A stretch of DNA of 64,000 nucleotides. Source: an uncultured Spirochaetota bacterium (GTDB taxonomy: Bacteria > Spirochaetota > Brevinematia > Brevinematales > JAOACQ01). Position 1 is the stretch's first letter. Each line of letters opens with the position of its first letter. The notes under the pieces are model-generated. The model did not search any database, was not told the DNA's origin, and saw nothing but the letters and a program-made list of their open reading frames with translations. The DNA lies in NCBI GenBank assembly GCA_963783575.1, contig CAWAOD010000006.1:95758-159757 (forward strand). Direction: 5' to 3'. The translations under genes and the position numbers were made by a program. Of this stretch, positions 9,648 through 20,154 are shown piece by piece.

Positions 9648-10271
9648 TCAATAAATTTTATATTTTTTAAGAAACTGATCGGCAGTTTTACGTGTTTTAG
9701 GGCTTCCGCTTTCAAGACCTTTTTTCACGAAACGTGCGATTTCTTCCTTATTTAGAGCCTTAGGATATAATTTTTCAAAAGCCTCAATAACATAAGCCTT
9801 GATAAGGTTCTTACGGCTTTGAGTTTGATTTGTTTTTTCAATTTCCAGCAGTGCCCCGATTATATCCGGTATAAGCCCGGGCTTAAATTCTGCGATAACT
9901 GCGGCGTTTATTGCTATATGTGACGCCACCATAACCGAACCGCAGTCAAGCTGCGCGAAGTAATCCTGGAAATCCCTTTCGAATTTATTTTCCCGGTCAA
10001 TTTTTGTAAGATTTGCTATGACATAAAGCGCCGCGTATTGCGAAAAACCATTATCGCTTTTAAGATAATCCATAAAAATTTCCCATTTGCCGTATAAAAG
10101 TTCCGGGTTCTTAATACTTAATTCAATTAAAAGCGGGATGAACAGTTCCCTCTCTTCCATTTTCTTCTTTTCCGGGGATATCCCGTCAATTGCTTCCATT
10201 AAATAGCTTCCATCGGAAATAGCCTTTTTATAAATAACAGGATCTATTTTAACCTCTCTGCTTCCGCTCAT
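9648..10271 (-). CDS. Hypothetical HEAT/ARM-like helical protein
   Basis: 207-aa ORF with GGAGG RBS; helical repeat pattern. Confidence 0.65.
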   Translation of the reverse strand: MSGSREVKIDPVIYKKAISDGSYLMEAIDGISPEKKKMEERELFIPLLIELSIKNPELLYGKWEIFMDYLKSDNGFSQYAALYVIANLTKIDRENKFERDFQDYFAQLDCGSVMVASHIAINAAVIAEFKPGLIPDIIGALLEIEKTNQTQSRKNLIKAYVIEAFEKLYPKALNKEEIARFVKKGLESGSPKTRKTADQFLKKYKIY

Positions 10272-10321
10272 TATCCCTCCTTTTATTTTTATTAAGAACT
10301 GGATAATTATAACATGATATT

Positions 10322-10341
10322 CCTGACAACGATGTGTCAGG
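10322..10341. promoter_or_regulatory. Palindromic operator CCTGACA-N6-TGTCAGG
   Basis: Perfect 7-bp inverted repeat in the promoter region of 9648..10271. Confidence 0.55.
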
Positions 10342-10703
10342 GAATAAATTTTTATTGAATAATTTTATAATAATAATTATAATTATTCTTCAATTCAAAA
10401 TGGAGGCCTGTTATGGCGAAGATAGCATTAAATTCCGGAAAGGGATTTTATCTGTCCTGACCGTTTGACAGTCTTTTTGAATCTGGATAATTTGACTATA
10501 GTAAATTTTTTGATTGATTTATCAAGGTTTTTAACCTTTTCCAAACTGTCATTTAATTTCATTTCAGGAAAACATCCCTTACCGGAGATAATCTAATTTA
10601 TATATTCAGGTTACATCGGCATTTCATTTCAATCTGCCGTTGTATTATTTGTTTGTCTTTCAGCTTTTTCAGGCTGAAATCTAATATTTAAGGAGCAAAA
10701 ATA

Positions 10704-11780
10704 ATGGAAATAAAAAAACTTGGCTGGGATGATTATTTTGAAAAAGCTTTTCAAAACTTAAAAACTTAAGATTGTATACCCGGGAGAATTATCTGCTGTA
10801 ATCGCGGGTTATATCGTATTTCGGCCGAAGACGGGGAATTCCTTGGAGCCGTTTCCGGAAAATTCAGGAATGATGTAAACACAGGCCTTGATCTTCCTGT
10901 GACCGGGGATTGGGCCGCTGTTCGGAAAATACCGGATATGGATAGGGCTGTCATTAAAGCAATTTTACCGAGAAAAACCTGTTTTTACAGGGAAAACGCG
11001 GGCCTAAAACCCGGCGAACAGGCTGTTTCCGCAAATATCGATTATTTATTTATTGTAATGTCTCTTGACCTTGATTTCAATTTAAACAGGCTGGAGAGAT
11101 ATCTTGTGCTGGGATGGAACAGCGGCGCAAATCCGGTAATTGTTCTGTCAAAATCCGATCAATGCGGTGATATTGAAATTAAAAAAGTGACGGTGGAATC
11201 CGCTGCGCCTGGCATACCTGTTGTAACTGTGAGCGCTTTTACCGGTGGAGGGCTGGAAGAACTTTTTCCTTATTTAAAGCCCGGTAAGACAATCGCTCTG
11301 GCAGGCTCCTCAGGTGTTGGTAAATCAACAATTATTAACAGTTTGATAGGCGCTGAGGTCCAAACCACGCTGCCCGTCCGCGGGAATGACTGCCGCGGCA
11401 GGCATGCGACAACCGGTAGGGAATTGTTCATACTGCCCAATGGAGCTATTATTATAGATAATCCTGGTATGCGGGAAATTGGGTTAACGGGAAACGATTC
11501 CATTCTTACGAGAACATTTAAAGATATATACATTATAGCAGGTTCATGCCGTTTCCGCGACTGTTCGCATCGGGAAGAACCCGGCTGTGCAGTCCGGGAA
11601 GCATTGAAAAACGAGGAGCTAAGTTCAACCCATTATAACAATTTTCTGAAATTATTAAAAGAGGTCCGATACCAGGAATCCAGGACTGACGCTGAACTAC
11701 GCCGGGAGATAAAGGAAAAATGGAAAAATATATCAAAATATGCCAAAAGCATAAAAAAAAATTACTTACAGGAGAAATAA
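10704..11780 (+). pseudogene. rsgA: Ribosome small subunit-dependent GTPase A with in-frame TAA at 10767-10769
   Basis: MEIKKLGW start with AGGAG RBS, in frame with ORF 10899..11780; GSSGVGKST, GRHATT, DNPGMRE, CRFRDCSHREEPGC. Confidence 0.85.
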
Positions 11781-11781
11781 T

Positions 11782-13053
11782 ATGAGTAACAAAATTTTGA
11801 AATACAAAATTAGTGGAAATCTGAAATTAAACTATCCCCATAATAAAAATGATGTTGCCAGGCTTGCCGAATTTAACGGCAGTATTCATGGGGAGGGAAT
11901 ATCTGACTTGACGCATCGTTTAATGGAAAAGCATCCGTCGTGCAGGAGGGAATATTTTATTTATCTTGAAGATACCCTGGAAAACAGGATTGTTTCATCA
12001 TTATGTCTGATCCCTTGGGAATTGAACTACTGCGGTATTAAATTAAAAACGGCTGAAATGGGAATTGTCGGGACAAGCCCCGATTACCGCGGCCTTGGTT
12101 TGTGCGGTTTATTGACAGAGAAATTTGATGAACTGGTTGTGGAAAACGGATTTGATCTTTCGCTTATAAAAGGCATTCCCAATTTTTACAGGCGTTTCGG
12201 GTATGAATATGCTATTCCGCTTGATAATGATAACCGGCTTGAACCGGATGCGGTTCCAATTCCAGGCGATTATTCCGAATACAGGTTTGTCCCGGCGAAT
12301 ATGAGTGATATTCCTTATATAATTGAAGCAGAATCGCAGGAATTGAAATCCTATGGAATTTCTGCGATCAGGGATGAATCCGTATGGAATTATTTATTCG
12401 ATCAATCTGTGCAGAGTGAAACGGCGATTGACAGATGGATAGTTTACAAAAAAAATGAAAGAAAGGGTTATTTTGGAATTGCCAGGCAAGGTCTTTTCGA
12501 TGGGTTAATCCTGTCAGAAGGAGCAATTTCCGGTTTACAGGACATAACGGCAGCTCTTGCTAAAATTAAAGAGATCTGTATTGAACGGAAGAAACCTTAT
12601 ATCCGTCTTGATCTGCCAGTTAATAATCCAATAGTGATTACCGCGATTCGGTACAATTGCAAAATAAAAATCCGGTATGCCTGCCAGATAAAAATTTATG
12701 GATTTTACCGCTTTCTTCAAAAAATAAAACCGGTTCTTGAAGATCGTGTTTCGAAAGGGATTTTTGCAGGATTGACCGGTTCCAAAATTATCAACCTGTA
12801 TGGGGAAACTATCGGGATTGAGTTTTCAAACGGTAGAATCGCTGAAATTTCAGAGGAGAAGGGGATTCCATATAATCCGGGCATTACTGGCGTTTACATT
12901 CCGCCGGGACAGTTCATGCAGATGATTATGGGCTACAAATCACCGGAGGAGGTAAGCTCCTTTTATCCCGATTTTCAAGCCGGTGATGAGGAAAAGGCTT
13001 TGCTTGCGGTTTTGTTCCCGAAGATGGACGGATATATATATTCAATATATTAA
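11782..13053 (+). CDS. GNAT family acetyltransferase (Eis-like)
   Basis: VGTSPDYRGLGL acetyl-CoA motif, FYRRFGYE; 423 aa. Confidence 0.8.
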   Translation: MSNKILKYKISGNLKLNYPHNKNDVARLAEFNGSIHGEGISDLTHRLMEKHPSCRREYFIYLEDTLENRIVSSLCLIPWELNYCGIKLKTAEMGIVGTSPDYRGLGLCGLLTEKFDELVVENGFDLSLIKGIPNFYRRFGYEYAIPLDNDNRLEPDAVPIPGDYSEYRFVPANMSDIPYIIEAESQELKSYGISAIRDESVWNYLFDQSVQSETAIDRWIVYKKNERKGYFGIARQGLFDGLILSEGAISGLQDITAALAKIKEICIERKKPYIRLDLPVNNPIVITAIRYNCKIKIRYACQIKIYGFYRFLQKIKPVLEDRVSKGIFAGLTGSKIINLYGETIGIEFSNGRIAEISEEKGIPYNPGITGVYIPPGQFMQMIMGYKSPEEVSSFYPDFQAGDEEKALLAVLFPKMDGYIYSIY

Positions 13054-13186
13054 AGACTAAAAAATTTATTTAACAAGCGTGTTCCTCTGGTTGGCAGCGT
13101 GCTTTTAAAACTCAGGAAACCTGCTGCCAATTTTATTATAGTCAGCCAAAATTAAGTTTTTTAATTTATTCTTTATTCTTCCATAA

Positions 13187-14564
13187 TTATCTCAAGAAAA
13201 GTTTTAAAATCCATAGCTTCCTTTTTGCCGGAGGGTAACGGAAAGGGAAATCAATAATAAAGGAATTCCTGTAGATGGCTTTTAAATGGCTTAAGCTGTT
13301 GAATCCGGCCAAGCCATGACATGATCCCATACCGCTATTGCCAATGCCTCCGAAAGGAAGGTAGGGATTTCCGAAGTGCGCCTGTGTATCGTTTATAGAA
13401 CAGCCGCCGGAAGATGTACCGTTTATAATTTGTTTTTGTTTTTGCCGGTTGTTCGAGAAAAAATAAAGCGCCAGCGGATTAGGACGGCTGTTAATAAAAA
13501 GGATGGCCTCGTCCAGGGCATTGTAATCAATTACCGGCAGGATCGGTCCGAAAATCTCCTCCTGCATAACCGGATCATCCACTGAAATTTCATCTAAAAT
13601 CGTAGGAGCTATATACCGGCTTTCACTATCGAACTTACCTCCTGTAACTGTTCTGCCTTTCTTTAATAATCCGGCAAGTCTTTCCATATGCTTATCATTT
13701 ATTATCCTAGAATAATCAGGACTTTTCTCCGGATCATCCCCGTAAAAATGCTTTAAGTATTCTTTCATTTTTATAACAAGATCCTGTTTTATGCTTTTAT
13801 CGACCAGCAGATAATCCGGAGCGACACAGGTCTTGGCCGGCATTAAGAAATTTTCCCCAGACAATCCTTTTTGCCGTAAGATCAATATTCGCTTCACTGT
13901 CAACAATAGCCGGGCTTTTTCCGCCAAGCTCAAGAAGAACCGGTGTAAGGTTTCTTGAGGCGGCTTCCATAACTTCCTTTCCGACATCCGGGCTGCCTGT
14001 AAAAACTATAAAATCGAATTTTTCCCGGAGCAGTTGTTGATTTACATCGGAGCCGCCCTGGAAAACAGAGATATATTCCTGGCTGAAATATTCACCTATC
14101 ATATCATTAATTACCTTCGAAACCGCCGGTGAATATCTGGAAAGCTTTAATGCGGCGCAGTTTCCGGCTGAAAGGACGCTAACAAGCGGTGATAATGCCA
14201 GCATGAAAGGATAATTCCATGGCGATATAACAAGTACGATTCCATGGGGTTCGGGATAAACCAGGCTTTTACCCGGGAATAAAAAAATCGGTGTATAAGC
14301 TTTTCTGGGTTTTGACCATGAACTTAAATGCCGGATGTGAACACTGATTTCATTTAATACAAGCCCTATCTCGGTAGCGTATGACTCGAAATGCGACTTG
14401 CCGAGATCATCGAACAACGCTTTCGCAATTCTGTCTTCATACCTTTGAACTGCTTCCTTAAGCCGTTTAAGCATTATCAACCTGTATGAAATTTCTTTTG
14501 TCCGGCCGCTTTTAAAAAACTCCCTTTGTTTATTAATAATCTCTTTGATATTTGCATCATTCAT
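13187..14564 (-). CDS. Aldehyde dehydrogenase (ALDH3/YwdH-like), frameshifted near 13820-13835
   Basis: PWNYP, FTGS, LELGGKSP, GKFLNAGQ/TCVAPDY, EEIFGP across two ORFs. Confidence 0.9.
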
Positions 14565-14694
14565 AAAAGAGCCTCCGGTAATTCTTTAAAAATAATTCAA
14601 AAATTTAAAAAAAGGTTATATTATTATATAATTAATTATAATAAAGATAAATTTGTTTATCCATAAAATAAATATAAATTTAAAAGGATATGAT

Positions 14695-15579
14695 ATGAAA
14701 TTTGATGATAAGATTGAAAAGGTGACCCGATATCTGAATAATATTTTAAAAAAGGAAAGCTCATATTCTGGATACCTTCTTGATGCGATGAAATATAGCC
14801 TGAATATAGGCGGGAAAAGGATTCGTCCGTTATTAACTATTTTATCATATGAAATATTCAGAAGCGATATTGAACGGATCATACCTGTTGCGGCGGCTAT
14901 CGAAATGATCCATACATATTCCCTCATTCATGACGACCTCCCGGCGATGGATAACGATGATCTCAGGAGAGGCAAACCCTCAAACCATAAAGTTTTTGGA
15001 GAAGGTATGGCGATCCTGGCCGGAGACGGCCTATTAACCCTTGCTTTTGAAGTGATGGGAAACGCCGTAAAGGATTACGGCCTACCTATGGGAATTCTGA
15101 CTCTTATTGCCAGGAAAAGCGGCCCTTTTGGAATGGTCGGCGGGCAGGCATGCGACTTAACATCGGATGTTAAATCAATAAATAGCGCTGATAAAAGTAG
15201 TTTTGAGCTTCTGGAATTTATCCATCTTCATAAAACCGCGGATTTAATTTGCGCCAGTGTGGTTTCGGGCGCTTTGGGGGGCGGAGCCGAGAGTGAAGAT
15301 ATAAAAAGTCTGGGAAATTTTGCCGAAAAAATCGGTCTCTCCTTCCAAATAACCGATGATATTCTTGATGAAACCGGAAGTTCTGAAAAACTGGGGAAAT
15401 CTGCGGGAAAGGATAAAAAACAGAACAAACTTACTTATTCATCCTTATACGGAATTGAAAAATCAAGAGAGAAAGCTGAGATCCTTTTAAATGAAGCCCT
15501 GCGGGAAATTGAAAGCTTCTCTGAAAAAGCTGCAAACCTTTCCGAGGTTGCAAAAATTATCATTCAACGTGATTTTTAA
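14695..15579 (+). CDS. ispA: Geranyltranstransferase (FPP/GGPP synthase)
   Basis: GGKRIRP, SLIHDDLPAMDNDDLRRGKP, FQITDDILD. Confidence 0.92.
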   Translation: MKFDDKIEKVTRYLNNILKKESSYSGYLLDAMKYSLNIGGKRIRPLLTILSYEIFRSDIERIIPVAAAIEMIHTYSLIHDDLPAMDNDDLRRGKPSNHKVFGEGMAILAGDGLLTLAFEVMGNAVKDYGLPMGILTLIARKSGPFGMVGGQACDLTSDVKSINSADKSSFELLEFIHLHKTADLICASVVSGALGGGAESEDIKSLGNFAEKIGLSFQITDDILDETGSSEKLGKSAGKDKKQNKLTYSSLYGIEKSREKAEILLNEALREIESFSEKAANLSEVAKIIIQRDF

Positions 15580-15657
15580 CTGGATTTGCAATATTTTTGC
15601 AAATGTAGGATAATAAACCGGCGGGTGTTGGCTGCTAACTTAAGCAGGCAGGTAATT

Positions 15658-16063
15658 ATGAAAGGAAATATGATTCTGGATGCGCTTGTTTTATATGTTG
15701 AAGATGGACGATATGACCAGGGATGAAACTGTAAAATTCCTGAAATACTGGATTAAGAAAATTGACTGTGCAAAAAATGGAAAAGAAGGACTGAATCTTT
15801 ACTTAGAAAAAAAACATGATATAATAATTACGGATATCAAAATGCCGGTTATGAACGGTATAGAAATGTCATATGAAATAAAGCAAAATAACAGTAATAC
15901 ACCCATAATCATTACTTCCGCTTATAACGACTCGGATTTTATTGATAAATGTACAAAAATAGGCATTGATCAATTTATTTTAAAGCCCGTCAATTTCTTA
16001 ATCTTAATTGAATCTATCCGGAAATGTATGGATAATATAGTTAAGGAAAAATATAATTCATGA
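15658..16063 (+). CDS. Single-domain response regulator (N-terminal frameshift near 15707)
   Basis: VLYVED in one frame joins DIIITDIKMPVMNG...FILKP. Confidence 0.8.
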
Positions 16064-16087
16064 AATTAAAAGTCATGGGGTGTTGGC

Positions 16088-17179
16088 ATGGATAACTTGA
16101 TATATTATACCGGATTGAGCTGGAATAAATTTATAGGACCGAAAAGATACTCAAAAATCAGAAACGCATTTGACTCATTAAGTGAGTTTTTTATTTTATC
16201 TCCTGAAGAACAATTAGGCTTTCTTGGCATAAAACAGGAAGACGCATTAAATATTTTTAAAAATATGATGGCAAACGGCGAAAGAATATTAAGTTTCTGC
16301 AGGAAGAATTCGATTATGCTTCTTACGATGGAAGACCCGGCATATCCCCCAAGGCTAAAAGAAATACCCGATCCTCCGTTTCTGCTTTATAAGCTTGGCG
16401 ATCTTAATTATTCAATGCATATGGTCGCTGTAGTCGGAACAAGGGACCCAACGCCTGAAGCCAAAACGGTCAATGAGTTTTTCGTTAAAGAAATGGTAAG
16501 CTATAATATCGGCATCGTCAGCGGTCTAGCTATGGGTCATGACGCGATTGCCCAAAAAACCGTCATAGATTTCGGCGGTTACACAATAGCTGTTCTCGGC
16601 TGCGGAGTTGACCGTGCATACCCTGCGCAAATGAAAGATCTTTATAATTCAATAAAGATTAATGGTGCAATCATATCCGAATACCCTCCCGGTTCAATAC
16701 CACTAAAAGGGAATTTTCCTTTAAGGAACCGCATCATCAGTGGTTTATCCGATGCGGTGCTTGTCATTCAGGCGCCGGAAAGATCCGGGGCATTGATTAC
16801 CGCAAAGTATGCGGAAGTCCAGGGCAGGGAACTATATTCAATACCGGGCAATCCATCCGATCTTCATAATACTGGCTCGAACCACCTCATAAGGAATGGA
16901 GCAAAAATAGCCTGCCACCCGGAAGATATAATATTTGATGTTTTAGGCGGAAAAGCCAGGAAAATTTCTGCAACGAGCATAGATAGCAGCCCTTCATACA
17001 GCCAGGATGAAAAAAAAGTTCTTGAGTCTATTGAGGTGGAAACCTGCATTGACGAGATTGCCGGGTTAACTGGTATTTCCGTACAGAATCTCTATCATAT
17101 TTTGACAACGCTTGAAATCAGGGGTATTGTGACCCAATACCCCGGCAATTTTTATGTTAAAAACAAGACTATTTGTTAG
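16088..17179 (+). CDS. dprA: DNA-processing protein DprA
   Basis: YPPRLKEIPDPP, AVVGTR, VSGLAMG, FPLRNRIISGLS, SGALITA. Confidence 0.95.
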   Translation: MDNLIYYTGLSWNKFIGPKRYSKIRNAFDSLSEFFILSPEEQLGFLGIKQEDALNIFKNMMANGERILSFCRKNSIMLLTMEDPAYPPRLKEIPDPPFLLYKLGDLNYSMHMVAVVGTRDPTPEAKTVNEFFVKEMVSYNIGIVSGLAMGHDAIAQKTVIDFGGYTIAVLGCGVDRAYPAQMKDLYNSIKINGAIISEYPPGSIPLKGNFPLRNRIISGLSDAVLVIQAPERSGALITAKYAEVQGRELYSIPGNPSDLHNTGSNHLIRNGAKIACHPEDIIFDVLGGKARKISATSIDSSPSYSQDEKKVLESIEVETCIDEIAGLTGISVQNLYHILTTLEIRGIVTQYPGNFYVKNKTIC

Positions 17180-18959
17180 CCATAGATTCGGCGAGCTTAA
17201 TACCCAATTCTTCAAGCTGTTTTTGAACTACTTCGGAAGGTGTGTCGCACATCATATCGGTACCTTTTTGAGTCTTCGGGAAGGCAATAACGTCGCGTAT
17301 ATTTGACAGTCCCTGGAATTCCATTACCATCCTGTCAAGGCCGAAAGCCAGCCCGCCATGGGGCGGAGCGCCGAATGTCAAAGCGTCCAGAAGGAATCCG
17401 AATTTTATTTTTGCGTCCTCATCCGTCATTTTTATAAGACTGAATATTTTTTTCTGAACTTCCTGGCTGTGTATTCTGATACTGCCCCCTCCAAGCTCGA
17501 TCCCGTTCAATACAAGATCATAGGCATCCGAACGGACTTCCCCGGGATTTTTATCCAGAAGTTCCATGTCCTCGGTTTTTGGAGATGTAAACGGGTGATG
17601 TACAGCGTCATAACGGTTCTCTTCTTCATTCCATTCGAAAAGTGGAAAATCAACAACCCAGACGAACCTGAAGTTCGATTTGTCCCTGAGCCCGAAACGC
17701 TCACCTAAATTCAGCCTTAAATTTGAAATCGAATCATAGACGATCTTTTTATTAACATCGCCGATGAATAACAGTGTGTAATCTTCTTTAGCCTGTGTTG
17801 ATGCGATTAATTTATTCTGAATTTCCTCAGAAAAATACTTAACAATATTTGATTCGAGTTTTCCTGCTTTAACCCGCATCCATGCCATTCCTTTGGAGCC
17901 GTATTTTCCGACAAAAGCTATCAGATCGTCTAGGTCTTTCCTTGAAAGGCGGCTTCCTTCCGGTACAGGCAGGCATTTTATCATACCGCCGCTTTTAGCC
18001 ACATTTTTAAAGACCGAGAAATCGCTGTTTTTTACAATATCTGTTACGTCGGTAATTTCCATGGCGAAACGGAGATCGGGCCGGTCCGTTGCGTATTTGT
18101 CAATAGCTTCTTTATAAGTCATGCGGTTAATGGGAAGATTTACTTTAATACCATAGTTTTCATCAAGAACTTTCGCAATCATTTTTTCCATTATGCCTAT
18201 TATATCGTCCATTGTTATAAATGACATTTCAACATCGATTTGGGTGAATTCAGGCTGCCTGTCCGCGCGCAGGTCTTCGTCACGGAAACATTTGGCTATC
18301 TGGTAATACCTGTCGACCCCTCCAACCATTAAAAGCTGTTTGAACAGCTGCGGCGATTGCGGAAGCGCGTAGAACTTTCCATGTGAAAGCCGCGACGGTA
18401 CAAGAAAGTCCCTTGCCCCCTCCGGTGTTGATTTATTAAGGATAGGGGTTTCTATTTCCAGGAATCCGTTTGAGTCAAGAAAGTTCCTTACGGTATTTGT
18501 AATTTTATGCCTCATATAGAGGTTATTATACATTTCAGGCCGTCTGAAATCCAGGTAGCGGAATTTAAGCCTGACTTCCTCATTAATATCTTCCTGATCG
18601 ATCTGAAAAGGCGGGGTTTTTGATTTGTTTAAAATTTCAATAGTATCGATCTTTACTTCAAATCTGCCTGTTGGAATTTTTGGATTTATATTTTCCTGTG
18701 TTCTTAAAAGAACGGTTCCCGATGCTGAAATAACATCTTCGCTTCTTGCCTTTTTAGCCGTTTCATGAGCCTTCGGGTTGGCCTGGGGATCAAATACGAG
18801 CTGAATTATACCTGTTTTATCCCTGACATCAAGAAAAGTTAAGTCTCCATGATCCCTGTAATTATGTACCCATCCGTTGACGGTTAATCTCTTCCCAACC
18901 AGTTCATCCCTGCTGACCTCACCGCAATAAAGCGACCTCTGCAAAGCTTTGGTAAACAT
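17169..18959 (-). CDS. aspS: Aspartyl-tRNA synthetase, likely non-discriminating
   Basis: RDHG, STPEGARDFLVPSR, LPQSPQLFKQ, FRDEDLRADRQPEF, PPHGGLAFGLDR. Confidence 0.97.
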   Translation of the reverse strand: MFTKALQRSLYCGEVSRDELVGKRLTVNGWVHNYRDHGDLTFLDVRDKTGIIQLVFDPQANPKAHETAKKARSEDVISASGTVLLRTQENINPKIPTGRFEVKIDTIEILNKSKTPPFQIDQEDINEEVRLKFRYLDFRRPEMYNNLYMRHKITNTVRNFLDSNGFLEIETPILNKSTPEGARDFLVPSRLSHGKFYALPQSPQLFKQLLMVGGVDRYYQIAKCFRDEDLRADRQPEFTQIDVEMSFITMDDIIGIMEKMIAKVLDENYGIKVNLPINRMTYKEAIDKYATDRPDLRFAMEITDVTDIVKNSDFSVFKNVAKSGGMIKCLPVPEGSRLSRKDLDDLIAFVGKYGSKGMAWMRVKAGKLESNIVKYFSEEIQNKLIASTQAKEDYTLLFIGDVNKKIVYDSISNLRLNLGERFGLRDKSNFRFVWVVDFPLFEWNEEENRYDAVHHPFTSPKTEDMELLDKNPGEVRSDAYDLVLNGIELGGGSIRIHSQEVQKKIFSLIKMTDEDAKIKFGFLLDALTFGAPPHGGLAFGLDRMVMEFQGLSNIRDVIAFPKTQKGTDMMCDTPSEVVQKQLEELGIKLAESMANK

Positions 18960-19038
18960 AATTCCTCCGGGCAATACAATATTAGTCATATATTTTAAAG
19001 AATTAATGAAAATATCTCAAGGAATGCCTCCCGATCGA

Positions 19039-19104
19039 TTTAAAAATTGAAAATTTAAAAAATTGAAAATTTAAAAAATTGAAAATTTAAAAAATTGAAA
19101 ATTT
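19039..19104. repeat. Tandem repeat, 4 x 16 bp (tttaaaaaattgaaaa)
   Basis: Directly visible in the aspS/SPOR divergent intergenic region; the first unit is one A shorter. Confidence 0.9.
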
Positions 19105-19182
19105 TATAGATTGGTAATTTTAACTTAACATTTTTTTTAATCTTCCGAAAATCTAATAACTTTCTTTTTATGATCTTGAAAT

Positions 19183-20142
19183 TTGAAAGTAATAATTAAT
19201 TGGAATAGTCTGAAAATGGAGGAAATTATGAGCGAAACGGAATTTATTGATTTATTTCCGAATTCAAATGCAACTTCTAAAGAAGCGGCTTCTGATACCC
19301 CGGAATACAATCTGGATGAAGAAGTATTTAATCCGGGCAGAAGTAAGATAAACGATTATAAACATTCAAGTAAAACAATACAGCATGGAGCAGGTTCCGG
19401 TGGAAATAATTTTTACGGCTCACAGCCTCCATCTTCAGAAAATAAGAAGTACCTGAATGTAAGCGATGAAAGAATCGTATGGGCCGGAGCTATTTTTGTG
19501 TTTTTCGGGGTCTTTGTTTTTCTTGTGGGATATTGGCTTGGTAAAACTTCGATTAAAGATATAAGTTTAATAAATAAGCAATACCAGCAAAAGGTTGAAG
19601 AAAAACTGGATCAGAAGAAACTTGAGAATAATATGATTCTGAGCGCTCCCGTTACCGGAGAGTCGCCAAAAATAGAAAATGTGCCTGCTCCTTCGGAAAA
19701 CGACAATAAACTTAACGAAAGCAAACAGCTTGTTTCTTCTCCGGCAGTCAGCCCTTTAAATACGGCAAACCTTCCAAAAGAAAATGTTCTTACGGCCCCT
19801 CAGATTCAGGGTGCAAAATCAGTGGAGAAGAATATCAAGCTTCATACCGCTTCTGCTAAAAAGGGCGAAGTCAAATTAAAAACTGAAAAGCCGGGAATAA
19901 ATGGAGCTGATTATGCGATACAGGTTTCGGCATATACGGCTATGGATAAAGCGCGCTCACTTGAAGATATTTTGAGGAAAAAGGGTTTTCAATCCTATCT
20001 TGTTGAAGCCGATGTAAACGGTGTAACATATTACAGAGTCCGCGTCGGGAAATTTTCAGGGAAGGAAGATGCGCTGGCCGCTTTGACTAAAATAAAGGCT
20101 TCCGAAATGGGGAAAAACAGCTTTTTAATGAATTTAAAATAA
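19183..20142 (+). CDS. SPOR domain cell-division protein (FtsN/DedD-like)
   Basis: One TM helix, low-complexity linker, C-terminal YAIQVSAY...YYRVRVG. Confidence 0.85.
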   Translation: MKVIINWNSLKMEEIMSETEFIDLFPNSNATSKEAASDTPEYNLDEEVFNPGRSKINDYKHSSKTIQHGAGSGGNNFYGSQPPSSENKKYLNVSDERIVWAGAIFVFFGVFVFLVGYWLGKTSIKDISLINKQYQQKVEEKLDQKKLENNMILSAPVTGESPKIENVPAPSENDNKLNESKQLVSSPAVSPLNTANLPKENVLTAPQIQGAKSVEKNIKLHTASAKKGEVKLKTEKPGINGADYAIQVSAYTAMDKARSLEDILRKKGFQSYLVEADVNGVTYYRVRVGKFSGKEDALAALTKIKASEMGKNSFLMNLK

Positions 20143-20154
20143 GCGACATAATTT

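Noticed and set aside
9527..9755. Short ORFs of 62 and 70 aa
   Set aside because: They overlap the structured repeat and the 9648..10271 gene; low-complexity translation of the Y/R tracts
14695..15579. Prenyl synthase as part of the CarS lipid cluster
   Set aside because: Ordinary ispA among housekeeping genes, more than 6 kb away with host-like composition
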